From: the human T2T-CHM13v2.0 reference genome, Homo sapiens
Reading direction: 5' to 3' (one strand)
Assembly: GCF_009914755.1 (NCBI RefSeq)
Contig: NC_060933.1
DNA length: 64,000 nucleotides
The notes beneath the pieces are model-generated. The model ran no database searches. It was not told where the DNA came from and saw only the letters and a list, made by a program, of their open reading frames with translations. How positions within the stretch are numbered: the first letter of the stretch is position 1; every line of letters begins with the position of its first letter. This document shows positions 27,495 to 41,500 of this stretch, one piece after another. Both the position numbers and the translations under genes were made by a program.

Positions 27495-30400
27495 ATTCCG
27501 TTTCATTCCATTCCATTACATTCGGATTGATTCTATTTAACTCCCTTACTCTCCATTACATTCCATTCCATTCGGGTTGTTCCATTCCATTCCATTCCAT
27601 TCCACTCCATTCCATTGCACTCGGGTTGATTCCATTCCATTCCATTCCATTCCAGTCCATTCCGGATGATTCCATTCCATTGCATTCCGTTCCATTACAT
27701 TCCCCTGCACTCGCGTTAATTCTATTCCATTCCATTCAATTCCTTTCCATTACAATTCCTTCCATTCCATTCTATTCCGTACCATTCCATTCCATTCCAT
27801 ACCATTCCATTCCATTCCATTCCATTCCGTTCCATTCCGTTCCATTCCATTCCATTCCATTCTATTCGGATTAATTCCATTCCATTCCATTCCATTCCAT
27901 TCTATTCCATTCCATTGCAATCGAGTTGAATCCATTGCATTTCATTCCATTCCATTCCATTCCATTCCATTCCGGAAGATTCCATTCCATTGCATTGCAT
28001 TCCATTCCATTCCCCTGCACTCGCGTTGATTCCATTCCATTCCATTCCATTCCATTCCGTTCCATTCCATTCCATTCCATTCCGTTCCTTTCCATTCCAT
28101 TCCATTCCATTCTATTCGGGTTAATTCCATTCCATTCCATTCGATTGCAATCGAGTTGATTCCATTCCATTCCATTCCATTCCATTCCATTCCTTTCCAT
28201 TCCATTACGGATGATTCCATTCCATTGCATTCCATTCCATTCCATTCCCCTGTACTCGGGTTGATTCCATTCCATTCCGTTCCAATGCATGCCATTCCAC
28301 TCGTGTTGATTCCATTCTTTCCATTCCATTCAAGTTGAATCCATTCCATTGCATTCCATTCCATTCGATTCCATTCGATTGCACTCGGGTTGATTCCATT
28401 CCTTTGCATTCCATTCCATTCCATTCCATTCCATTCCATTCCATTACATTCCATTCCATTACATTCGGATTGATTCTATTCAATTCCCTTACACTCCATT
28501 ACATTCCATTCCATTCGGGTAGTTTCCTTTCCATTCCATTCCATTCCTCTCCATTCCATTGCACTCGGGTTGATTCCATTCCATTGCATTCCATTCCATT
28601 CCATTCAATTCCATTCCGTTCCATTCCATTCCATTACATTCGGATTGATTCTATTCAACTCCCTTACTCTCCATTACATTCCATTCCATTCGGGTTGTTC
28701 CATTCCATTCCATTCCATTCCACTCCATTCCATTGCACTCGGGTTGATTCCATTCCATTCCATTCCATTCCATTCCATTCCATTCCGCAAGATTCCATTC
28801 CATTGCATTCCATTCCATTCCATTCCCCTGCACTCGCGTTGATTCCATTCCATTCCATTCCATTCCATTCCCCTGCACTCGCGTTGATTCCATTCCATTC
28901 CATTCCATTCCATTCCATTCCATTCCATTCCATTCCTTTCCGTTCCATTCCATTCCATTCCATTCCATTCCAATCCATTCCATTCCGTTCCGTTCCGTTC
29001 CATTCCATTCAATTCCATTCCATTCCATTCCGTTCCGTTCCATTCCATTCCATTCCATTCTATTCGGGTTAATTCCATTCCATTGCATTCGATTGCAATC
29101 CAGTTGATTCCATTCCATTCCATTCCATTCCATTCCATTCCATTCCATTCCATTCCTTTCCATTCCATTACGTATGATTCCATTCCATTGCATTCCATTC
29201 CATTCCATTCCCCTGTAGTCGGGTTGATTCCATTCCATTCCATTCCAATCCATGCCATTCCACTCGTGTTGATTCCATTCTTTCTATTCCATTCAAGTTG
29301 AATCCATTCCATTGCATTCCATTCCATTCCATTACCCTGCAGTCGGCTTGATTCCATTCCATTCCATTCCATTCCATTCCATTCCATTCGGGTTAATTCC
29401 ATTCCATTCCATTCCATTCCAATCGAGTTGATTCCATTCCATTCCATTCCATTCCGTTCCACTCCATTCCAGTCCTTTCCATTCCATTCCACTCGGGTTG
29501 ATTCCAATGTATTCCTTTCCATGCCATTCCATTCCATTGCAATCGAGTTGATTCCATTGCATTGCATTCCATTCCATTCCATTCCATTCCGGATGATTCC
29601 ATTCCATTGCATTCCATTCCATTCCATTCCCATGCACTCGGGTTGATTCCATTCCATTCCCCTCCATTTCATTCCATTCCATTCCATTACAATCGAGTTG
29701 ATTCCATTCCATTCCATTCCATTCCAGTCCTTTCCATTCCATTCCTCTCAGGTTGATTCCATTCTATTAGTTTCCATTCCATTCCATTCCCTTCCATTCC
29801 ACTCTGGTTGATTCCATTCCTTTCCATTCCACTCGAATACATTCCCTCCTATTCCACTCGGAACGATTCCATTCCATTCCATTCCATTCCATTCCATTCC
29901 ATTCCATTCCATTTCGTTCCATTCCATTCTATTCTGTATCATTCCATTCCATTCCATTCCATTCCATTCCATTCCATTCCATTCCATTGTACTCGGGTTG
30001 ATTCAATTCCATTGCATTCCATTCCATTCCACTCCATTCCATTCCGTTGCATTCCATTTCATTACATTCGGATTGATTCTATTCAACTCCCTTACTCTCC
30101 ATTACATTCCATTCCATTCGGGTTGTTCCATTCCATTCCATTCCATTCCACTCCATTCCATTGCACTCGGGTTGATTCCATTCCATTCCATTCCATTCCA
30201 GTCCATTCCGTATGACTCCATTCCATTGCATTCCGTTCCATTACATTCCCCTGCACTCGCGTTGATTCCATTCCATTCCATTCAATTCCTTTCCATTACA
30301 ATTCGTTCCATTCCATTCTATTCCGTACCATTCCATTCCATTCCATACCATTCCATTCCATTGCATTCCATTCCATTCCATTCCGTTCCATTCCGTTCAA

Positions 30401-33400
30401 TTCCATTCCATTCCATTCCATTCCATTCTATTCGAATTAATTCCATTCCATTCCATTCTATTCCATTCCATTGCAATCGAGTTGAATCCATTGCATTTCA
30501 TTCCATTCCATTCCATTCCATTCCATTCCGGAAGATTCCATTCCATTGCATTCCATTCCATTCCATTCCCCTGCACTCGCGTTGATTCCATTCCATTCCA
30601 TTCCATTCCATTCCGTTCCGTTCCATTCCATTCCATTCCATTCCATTCCGTTCCCTACATTCCATTCCATTCCATTCTATTCGGGTTAATTCCATTCCAT
30701 TCCATTCGATTGCAATCGAGTTGATTCCATTCCATTCCATTCCATTCCATTCCATTCCATTCCATTCCATTCCTTTCCATTCCATTACGGATGATTCCAT
30801 TCCATTGCATTCCATTCCATTCCATTCCCCTGTACTCGGGTTGATTCCATTCCATTCCATTCCAATCCATGCCATTCCACTCGTGTTGATTCCATTCTTT
30901 CCATTCCATTCAAGTTGAATCCATTCCATTGCATTCCATTCCATTCGATTCCATTCGATTGCACTCGGGTTGATTCCATTCCATTGCATTCCATTCCATT
31001 CCATTCCATTCCATTCCGTTCCATTCCATTCCATTCCATTCGGATTGATTCTATTCAATTCCCTTACACTCCATTACATTCCATTCCATTCGGGTAGTTT
31101 CCATTCCATTCCATTCCATTCCTCTCCATTCCATTGCACTCGGGTTGATTCCATTCCATTGCATTCCATTCCATTCCATTCAATTCCATTCCGTTCCATT
31201 CCATTCCATTACATTCGGATTGATTCTATTCAACTCCCTTACTCTCCATTACATTCCATTCCATTCGGGTTGTTCCATTCCACTCCATTCCATTCCACTC
31301 CATTCCATTGCAATCGGGTTGATTCCATTCCATTCCATTCCATTCCATTCCATTCCATTCCATTCCGGAAGATTCCATTCCATTGCATTCCATTACATTC
31401 CATTCCCCTGCACTCGCGTTGATTCCATTCCATTCCATTCCATTCCATTCCATTCCATTCCATTCCGTTCCGTTCCATTCCATTCCATTCCATTCCATTC
31501 CATTCCATTCCGTTCCGTTCCGTTCCATTCCATTCCATTCCATTCTATTCGGTTTAATTCCATTCCATTCCATTCGATTGCAATCGAGTTTATTCCATTC
31601 CATTCCATTCCATTCCATTCCATTCCATTCCATTCCATTCCTTTCCATTCCATTACGGATGATTCCATTCCATTGCATTCCATTCCATTCCATTCCCCTG
31701 TACTCGGGTTGATTCCATTCCATTCCATTCCAATCCATGCCATTCCACTCGTGTTGATTCCATTCTTTCCATTCCATTCAAGTTGAATCCATTCCATTGC
31801 ATTCCATTCCATTCGATTCCATTCGATTGCACTCGGGTTGATTCCATTCCATTGCATTCCATTCCATTCCATTCCATTCCATTCCATTCCATTCCATTCC
31901 GTTCCATTCCATTCCATTACATTCGGATTTATTCTATTCAATTCCCTTACACTCCATTACATTCCATTCCATTCGGGTAGTTTCCATTCCATTCAATTCC
32001 ATTCCTCTCCATTCCATTGCACTCGGGTTGATTCCATTCCATTGCATTCCATTCCATTCCATTCAATTCAATTCCGTTCCATTCCATTCCATTACATTCG
32101 GATTGATTCTATTCAACTCCCTTACTCTCCATTCCATTCCATTCCATTCGGGTTGTTCCATTCCATTCCATTCCATTCCACTCCATTCCATTGCACTCGG
32201 GTTGATTCCATTCCATTCCATTCCATTCCATTCCATTCCGGAAGATTCCATTCCATTGCATTCCATTCTATTCCATTCCATTCCATTCCGGAAGATTCCA
32301 TTCCATTGCATTCCATTCCATTCCATTCCCCTTCACTCGCGTTGATTCCATTCCTTTCCATTCTATTCCATTCCATTCCCTTCCTTTCCATTCCATTCCA
32401 TTCCATTCCATTCCGTTCCATTCCGTTCCGTTCAATTCCATTCCATTCCATTCTATTCGGTTTAATTCCATTCCATTCCATTCGATTGCAATCGAGTTGA
32501 TTCCATTCCTTTCCATTCCATTCCATTCCATTCCATTCCGGAAGATTCCATTCCATTGCATTCCATTCCATTCCATTCCATTCCATTCCGGAAGATTCCA
32601 TTCCATTGCATTCCATTCCATTCCATTCCCCTTCACACGCGTTGATTCCATTCCATTCCATTCTATTCCATTCCATTCCCTTCCTTTCCATTCCATTCCA
32701 TTCCATTCCATTCCGTTCCGTTCCGTTCCATTCCATTCCATTCCATTCCATTCGGTTTAATTCCATTCCATTCCATTCGATTGCAATCGAGTTGATTCCA
32801 TTCCATTCCATTCCATTCCATTCCATTCCATTCCTTTCCATTCCATTACGGATGATTCCATTCCATTGCATTCCATTCCATTCCATTCCCCTGTACTCGG
32901 GTTGATTCCATTCCATTCCATTCAAATCCATGCCATTCCACTCCTGTTGATTCCATTCTTTCCATTCCATTCAAGTTGAATACATTCCATTGCATTCCAT
33001 TCCATTCGATTCCATTCGATTGCACTCTGGTTGATTCCATTCCATTGCATTCCATTCCATTCCATTCCATTCCATTCCATTCCATTCCATTCCGTTCCAT
33101 TCCATTCCATTACATTCGGATTGATTCTATTCAATTCCCTTACACTCCATTACATTCCATTCCATTCGGGTAGTTTCCATTCCATTCCATTCCATTCCTC
33201 TCCATTCCATTGAACTCGGGTTGATTCCATTCCTTTGCATTCCATTCCATTCAATTCCATTCCGTTCCATTACATTCCATTACATTCGGATTGATTCTGT
33301 TCAACTCCCTTACTCTCCATTACATTCCATTCCATTCGGGTTGTTCCATTCCATTCCATTCCATTCCACTCCATTCCATTGCACTCGGGTTTATTCCATT

Positions 33401-36400
33401 CCATTCCATTCCATTCCATTTCATTCCGGAAGATTCCATTCCATTGCATTCCATTCCATTCCATTTCCCTGCACTCGCGTTGATTCCATTCCATTCCATT
33501 CCATTCCATTCCATTCCATTCCATTCCATTCCATTCCTTTCCGTTCCATTCCATTCCATTCCATTCCATTCCAATCCATTCCATTCCATTCCGTTCCGTT
33601 CCATTCCATTCCATTCCATTCTATTCGGGTTAATTCCATTCCATTCCATTCGATTGCAATCGAGTTGATTCCATTCCATTCCATTCCATTCCATTCCATT
33701 CCATTCCGTTCCATTCCGTTCCATTCCATTCCATTCCATTCCATTCCATTCTATTCGGATTAATTCCATTCCATTCCATTCCATTCCATTCTATTCCATT
33801 CCATTGCAATCGAGTTGAATCCATTGCATTCCATTCCATTCCATTCCATTCCATTCCATTCCATTCCGTTCCATTCCATTACATTCGGATTGATTCTATT
33901 CAACTCCCTAACTCTCCATTACATTCCATTCCATTCGGGTTCTACCATTCCATTCCATTCCATTCCACTCCATTCCATTGCACTCGGGTTGATTACATTC
34001 CATTCCATTCCATTCCATTCCATTCCATTCCATTCCGGAAGATTCCATTCCATTGCATTCCATTCCATTCCATTCCCCTGCACTCGCGTTGATTCCATTC
34101 CATTCCATTCCATTCCATTCAGTTCCGTTCCATTCCATTCCATTCCATTCCGTTCCGTTCCATTCCATTCCATTCCATTCTATTCGGGTTAATTCCATTC
34201 CATTCCATTCGATTGCAATCGAGTTGATTCCATTCCATTCCATTCCATTCCATTCCATTCCATTCCATTCCTTTCCATTCCATTACGGATGATTCCATTC
34301 CATTGCATTCCATTCCATTCCATTCCCCTGTACTCGGGTTGATTCCATTCCATTCCATTCCATTCCGTTTCATTCCATTCCATTACATTCGGATTGATTC
34401 TATTTAACTCCCTTACTCTCCATTACATTCCATTCCATTCGGGTTATTCCATTCCATTCCATTCCATTCCACTCCATTCCATTGCACTCGGGTTGATTCC
34501 ATTCCATTCCATTCCATTCCAGTCCATTCCGGATGATTCCATTCCATTGCATTCCGTTCCATTACATTCCCCTGCACTCGCGTTGATTCCATTCCATTCC
34601 ATTCAATTCCTTTCCATTACAATTCGTTCCATTCCATTCTATTCCGTACCATTCCATTCCATTCCATACCATTCCATTCCATTCCATTCCATTCCGTTCC
34701 ATTCCGTTCCATTCCATTCCATTCCATTCTATTCGGATTAATTCCATTCCATTCCATTCCATTCCATTCTATTCCATTCCATTGCAATCGAGTTGAATCC
34801 ATTGCATTTCATTCCATTCCATTCCATTCCATTCCATTCCGGAAGATTCCATTCCATTGCATTCCATTCCATTCCATTCCCCTGCACTCGCGTTGATTCC
34901 ATTCCATTCCATTCCATTCCATTCCGTTCCATTCCATTCCATTCCATTCCGTTCCTTTCCATTCCATTCCATTCCATTCTATTCGGGTTAATTCCATTCC
35001 ATTCCATTCGATTGCAATCGAGTTGATTCCATTCCATTCCATTCCATTCCATTCCATTCCTTTCCATTCCATTACGGATGATTCCATTCCATTGCATTCC
35101 ATTCCATTCCATTCCCCTGTACTCGGGTTGATTCCATTCCATTCCGTTCCAATCCATGCCATTCCACTCGTGTTGATTCCATTCTTTCCATTCCATTCAA
35201 GTTGAATCCATTCCATTGCATTCCATTCCATTCGATTCCATTCGATTGCACTCGGGTTGATTCCATTCCATTGCATTCCATTCCATTCCATTCCATTCCA
35301 TTCCATTCCATTACATTCCATTCCATTACATTCGGATTGATTCTATTCAATTCCCTTACACTCCATTACATTCCATTCCATTCGGGAAGTTTCCTTTCCA
35401 TTCCATTCCATTCCTCTCCATTCCATTGCACTCGGGTTGATTCCATTCCATTGCATTCCATTCCATTCCATTCAATTCCATTCCGTTCCATTCCATTCCA
35501 TTACATTCGGATTGATTCTATTCAACTCCCTTACTCTCCATTACATTCCATTCCATTCGGGTTGTTCCATTCCATTCCATTCCATTCCACTCCATTCCAT
35601 TGCACTCGGGTTGATTCCATTCCATTCCATTCCATTCCATTCCATTCCATTCCGGAAGATTCCATTCCATTGCATTCCATTCCATTCCATTCCCCTGCAC
35701 TCGCGTTGATTCCATTCCATTCCATTCCATTGCATTCCCCTGCACTCGCGTTGATTCCATTCCATTCCATTCCATTCCATTCCATTCCATTCCATTCCTT
35801 TCCGTTCCATTCCATTCCATTCCATTCCATTCCAATCCATTCCATTCCGTTCCGTTCCGTTCCATTCCATTCAATTCCATTCCATTCCATTCCGTTCCGT
35901 TCCATTCCATTCCATTCCATTCTATTCGGGTTAATTCCATTCCATTCCATTCGATTGCAATCCAGTTGATTCCATTCCATTCCATTCCATTCCATTCCAT
36001 TCCATTCCATTCCTTTCCATTCCATTACGTATGATTCCATTCCATTGCATTCCATTCCATTCCATTCCCCTGTAGTCGGGTTGATTCCATTCCATTCCAT
36101 TCCAATCCATGCCATTCCACTCGTGTTGATTCCATTCTTTCTATTCCATTCAAGTTGAATCCATTCCATTGCATTCCATTCCATTCCATTACCCTGCAGT
36201 CGGCTTGATTCCATTCCATTCCATTCCATTCCATTCCATTCCATTCCGTTCCGTTCCGTTCCATTCCATTCCATTCCATTCCATTCGGGTTAATTCCATT
36301 CCATTCCATTCCATTCCAATCGAGTTGATTCCATTCCATTCCATTCTATTCCGTTCCACTCCATTCCAGTCCTTTCCATTCCATTCCACTCGGGTTGATT

Positions 36401-38280
36401 CCAATGTATTCCTTTCCATGCCATTCCATTCCATTGCAATCGAGTTGATTCCATTGCTTTGCATTCCATTCCATTCCATTCCATTCCGGATGATTCCATT
36501 CCATTGCATTCCATTCCATTCCATTCCCATGCACTCGGGTTGATTCCATTCCATTCCCCTCCATTTCATTCCATTCCATTCCATTACAATCGAGTTGATT
36601 CCATTCCATTCCATTCCATTCCAGTCCTTTCCATTCCATTCCTCTCAGGTTGATTCCATTCTATTAGTTTCCATTCCATTCCATTCCCTTCCATTCCACT
36701 CTGGTTGATTCCATTCCTTTCCATTCCACTCGAATACATTCCCTCCTATTCCACTCGGAACGATTCCATTCCATTCCATTCCATTCCATTCCATTCCATT
36801 CCATTCCATTTCGTTCCATTCCATTCTATTCTGTATCATTCCATTCCATTCCATTCCATTCCATTCCATTCCATTCCATTCCATTCCATTGTACTCGGGT
36901 TGATTCAATTCCATTGCATTCCATTCCATTCCATTCCATTCCATTCCGTTGCATTCCATTCCATTACATTCGGATTGATTCTATTCAACTCCCTTACTCT
37001 CCATTACATTCCATTCCATTCGGGTTGTTCCATTCCATTCCATTCCATTCCACTCCATTCCATTGCACTCGGGTTGATTCCATTCCATTCCATTCCATTC
37101 CAGTCCATTCCGTATGATTCCATTCCATTGCATTCCGTTCCATTACATTCCCCTGCACTCGCGTTGATTCCATTCCATTCCATTCAATTCCTTTCCATTA
37201 CAATTCGTTCCATTCCATTCTATTCCGTACCATTCCATTCCATTCCATACCATTCCATTCCATTGCATTCCATTCCATTCCATTCCGTTCCATTCCGTTC
37301 CATTCCATTCCATTCCATTCTATTCGAATTAATTCCATTCCATTCCATTCTATTCCATTCCATTGCAATCGAGTTGAATCCATTGCATTTCATTCCATTC
37401 CATTCCATTCCATTCCATTCCGGAAGATTCCATTCCATTGCATTCCATTCCATTCCATTCCCCTGCACTCGCGTTGATTCCATTCCATTCCATTCCATTC
37501 CATTCCGTTCCGTTCCATTCCATTCCATTCCATTCCATTCCGTTCCCTTCCATTCCATTCCATTCGATTCTATTCGGGTTAATTCCATTCCATTCCATTC
37601 GATTGCAATCGAGTTGATTCCATTCCATTCCATTCCATTCCATTCCATTCCATTCCATTCCTTTCCATTCCATTACGGATGATTCCATTCCATTGCATTC
37701 CATTCCATTCCATTCCCCTGTACTCGGGTTGATTCCATTCCATTCCATTCCAATCCATGCCATTCCACTCGTGTTGATTCCATTCTTTCCATTCCATTCA
37801 AGTTGAATCCATTCCATTGCATTCCATTCCATTCGATTCCATTCGATTGCACTCGGGTTGATTCCATTCCATTGCATTCCATTCCATTCCATTCCATTCC
37901 ATTCCGTTCCATTCCATTCCATTCCATTCGGATTGATTCTATTCAATTCCCTTACACTCCATTACATTCCATTCCATTCGGGTAGTTTCCATTCCATTCC
38001 ATTCCATTCCTCTCCATTCCATTGCACTCGGGTTGATTCCATTCCATTGCATTCCATTCCATTCCATTCAATTCCATTCCGTTCCATTCCATTCCATTAC
38101 ATTCGGATTGATTCTATTCAACTCCCTTACTCTCCATTACATTCCATTCCATTCGGGTTGTTCCATTCCACTCCATTCCATTCCACTCCATTCCATTGCA
38201 ATCGGGTTGATTCCATTCCATTCCATCCCATTCCATTCCATTCCATTCCATTCCGGAAGATTCCATTCCATTGCATTCCA
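27495..38280. repeat. ~3.9-kb near-identical direct repeats spaced ~6.87-6.90 kb (~27495-31390 vs ~34360-38280)
   Basis: Private variants in the same order: CTATTTAACTCCC, TACGTATG, CCCTGTAGTCGGG, TACCCTGCAGTCGGCTTG, CCTCTCAGGTTG, CTGTATCATT, CTATTCGAATTAA. ORF-track offsets are 6867, 6897 and 6888. Confidence 0.9.
32235..32790. repeat. ~300-bp tandem duplication carrying four HSE motifs
   Basis: ATTCCGGAAGATTCC at 32235, 32285, 32535 and 32585; CCCCTTCAC at ~32328/32628; CGGTTTAATT at ~32458/32753. Confidence 0.85.
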
Positions 38281-38599
38281 TTCCATTCCATTCCGCTACA
38301 CTCGCGTTGATTCCATTCCATTCCATTCCATTCCATTCCATTCCGTTCCGTTCCGTTCCGTTCCATTCCATTCCATTCCATTCCATTCCGTTCAGTTCCA
38401 TTCCATTCCATTCCATTCTATTTGGGTTAATTCCATTCCATTCCATTCGATTGCAATCGAGTTGATTCCATTCCATTCCATTCCATTCCATTCCATTCCA
38501 TTCCTTTCCATTCCATTACGGATGATTCCATTCCATTGCATTCCATTCCATTCCATTCCCCTGTACTCGGGTTGATTCCATTCCATTCCATTCCAATCC

Positions 38600-41500
38600 A
38601 TGCCCTTCCACTCGTGTTGATTCCATTCTTTCCATTCCATTCAAGTTGAATGCATTCCATTGCATTCCATTCCATTCGTATCCATTCGATTGCACTCGGG
38701 TTGATTCCATTTCATTGCATTCCATTCCATTCAATTCCATTCCATTCCATTCCATTCCGTTCCATTCCATTCCATTACATTCGGATTGATTCTATTCAAT
38801 TCCCTTACACTCCATTACATTCCATTCCATTCGGGTAGTTTCCATTCCATTCCATTCCATTCCTCTCCATTCCATTGCACTCGGGTTGATTCCATTCCAT
38901 TGCATTCCATTCCATTCCATTCAATTCCATTCCTTTCCATTCCATTCCATTACATTCGGATTGATTCTATTCAACTCCCTTACTCTCCGTTACATTCCAT
39001 TCCATTTGGGTTGTTCCATTCCATTCCATTCCACTCCATTCCATTGCACTCGGGTTTATTCCATTCCATTCCATTCCATTCCATTCCATTCCATTACGGA
39101 AGATTCCATTCCATTGCATTCCATTCCATTCCATTCCCCTGCATTCGCGTTGATTCCATTGCATTCCATTCCATTCCATTCCGTTCCATTCCATTCCTTT
39201 CCGTTCCATTCCATTCCATTCCATTCCATTCCATTCCGTTCCGTTCCGTTCCGTTCCATTCCATTCCATTCCATTTTATTCAGGTTAATTCCATTCCATT
39301 CCATTCGACTGCAATCGAGTTGATTCCATTCCATTCCATTCCATTCCATTCCATTCCATTCCATTCCATTCCTTTCCATTCCATTACGGATGATTCCATT
39401 CCATTGCATTACATTCCATTCCATTCCCCTGTACTCGGGTTGATTCCATTCCATTCCATTCCAATCTATGCCATTCCACTCTTGTTGATTCCACTCTTTC
39501 CATTCCATTCAAGTTGAATCCATTCCATTGCATTCCATTCCATTCCATTCCCCTGCAGTCGGGTTGATTCCATTCCATTCCATTCCATTCCATTCCATTC
39601 CATTCCATTCCATTCCGTTCCGTTCCGTTCCGTTCCATTCCATTCCATTCCATTCCATTCTATTCGGGTTAATTCCATTCCATTCCATTCCATTCCATTC
39701 CATTCCATTCCATTCCAATCGAGTTGATTCCATTCCATTCCATTCCGTTCCATTCCATTCCATTCCACTGCATTCCAGTCCTTTCCATTCCATTCCACTC
39801 GGGTTGATTCCAATGTATTCCTTTCCATTCCATTCCATTGCAATCGAGTTGATTCCATTGCTTTGCATTCCATTCCATTCCTTTCCATTCCGGATGATTC
39901 CATTCCATTGCATTCCATTCCATTCCATTCCCCTGCACTCGGGTTGATTCCATTCCATTCCACTCCATTCCGTTCCATTCCATTCCATTCCATTGTATTC
40001 GGGTTAATTCCATTCCATTCCATTCCATTCCATTCCATTCCATCACAATCGAGTTGGTTCCATTCCATTCCATTCCATTCCATTCCATTCCATTCCATTC
40101 CGGATGATTCCATTCCATTACATTCCGTTCCATTACATTCCCCTGCACTCGGGTTGATTCCATTCCATTCCATTCCATTCCATTCCATTCCGTTCCGTTC
40201 CGTTCCGTTCCATTCCATTCCATTCCATTTTATTCGGGTTAATTCCATTCCATTCTATTCCATTGCATTCTATTCCATTCCATTGCAATCGAGTTGAATC
40301 CATTGCATTCCATTCCATTCCATTCCATTCCATTGCAATCGAGTTGAATCCATTGCATTCCATTCCATTCCATTCCGGAAGATTCCATTCCATTACATTC
40401 CATTCCATTCCATTCCCCTGCACTCGCGTTGATTCCATTCCATTCCATTCCATTCCATTCTATTCGGGTTAATTCCATTCCATTCCATTCCATTCCATTC
40501 CATTCCAATCGAGTTGATTCCATTCCATTGCATTGCACTCCATTCCAGTCATTTCCATTCCATTCCACTCGGGTTGTTTCCAATGTATTACTTTCCATTC
40601 CATTCCATTCCATTGCAATCGAGTTGATTCCATTGCTTTGCATTCCATTCCATTCCATTCCGGATGATTCCATTCCATTGCATTCCATTCCATTCCATTC
40701 CCCTGCACTCGGGTTGATTCCATTCCATTCCACTCCATTCCGTTCCATTCCATTCCATTCCATTTTATTCAGGTTAATTCCATTCCATTCCATTCCATTC
40801 CATTCCATTACAATCGAGTTGATTCCATTCCATTCCATTCCATTCCATTCCATTCCAGTCCTTTCCATTCCATTCCACTCGGGTTGATTCCATTCTATTA
40901 GTTTCCATTCCATTCCATTCCCTTCCATTCCACTCTGGTTGATTCCATTCCTTTCCATTCCACTCGAATACATTCCTTCCTATTCCACTCGGAACGATTC
41001 CATTCCATTCCATTCCATTCCATTCCATTTCGTTCCATTCCATTCTATTCCGTATCATTCCATTCCATTCCATTCCATTCCATTCCATTCCATTCCATTC
41101 CACTCGTTTTGATTCCATTCCTTTCCATTCCATTCGGTTTGAAGGCATTCCATTCCATTCCATTCCATTCCATTCCATTCCATTCCATTCCATTGTACTC
41201 GGGTTGATTGCATTCCATTGCATTCCATTCCATTCCATTCCGTTGCATTCCATTCCATTACATTCGGATTGATTCTATTCAACTCCCTTACTCTCCATTA
41301 CATTCCATTCCATTCGGGTTGTTCCATTCCATTCCATTCCATTCCACTCCATTCCATTGCACTCGGGATGATTCCATTCTATTCCATTCCATTCCATTCC
41401 ATTCCATTCCGGATGATTCCATTCCATTGCATTCCGTTCCATTACATTCCCCTGCATTCGCGTTGATTCCATTCCATTCCATTCCATTCCATTCCATTCC

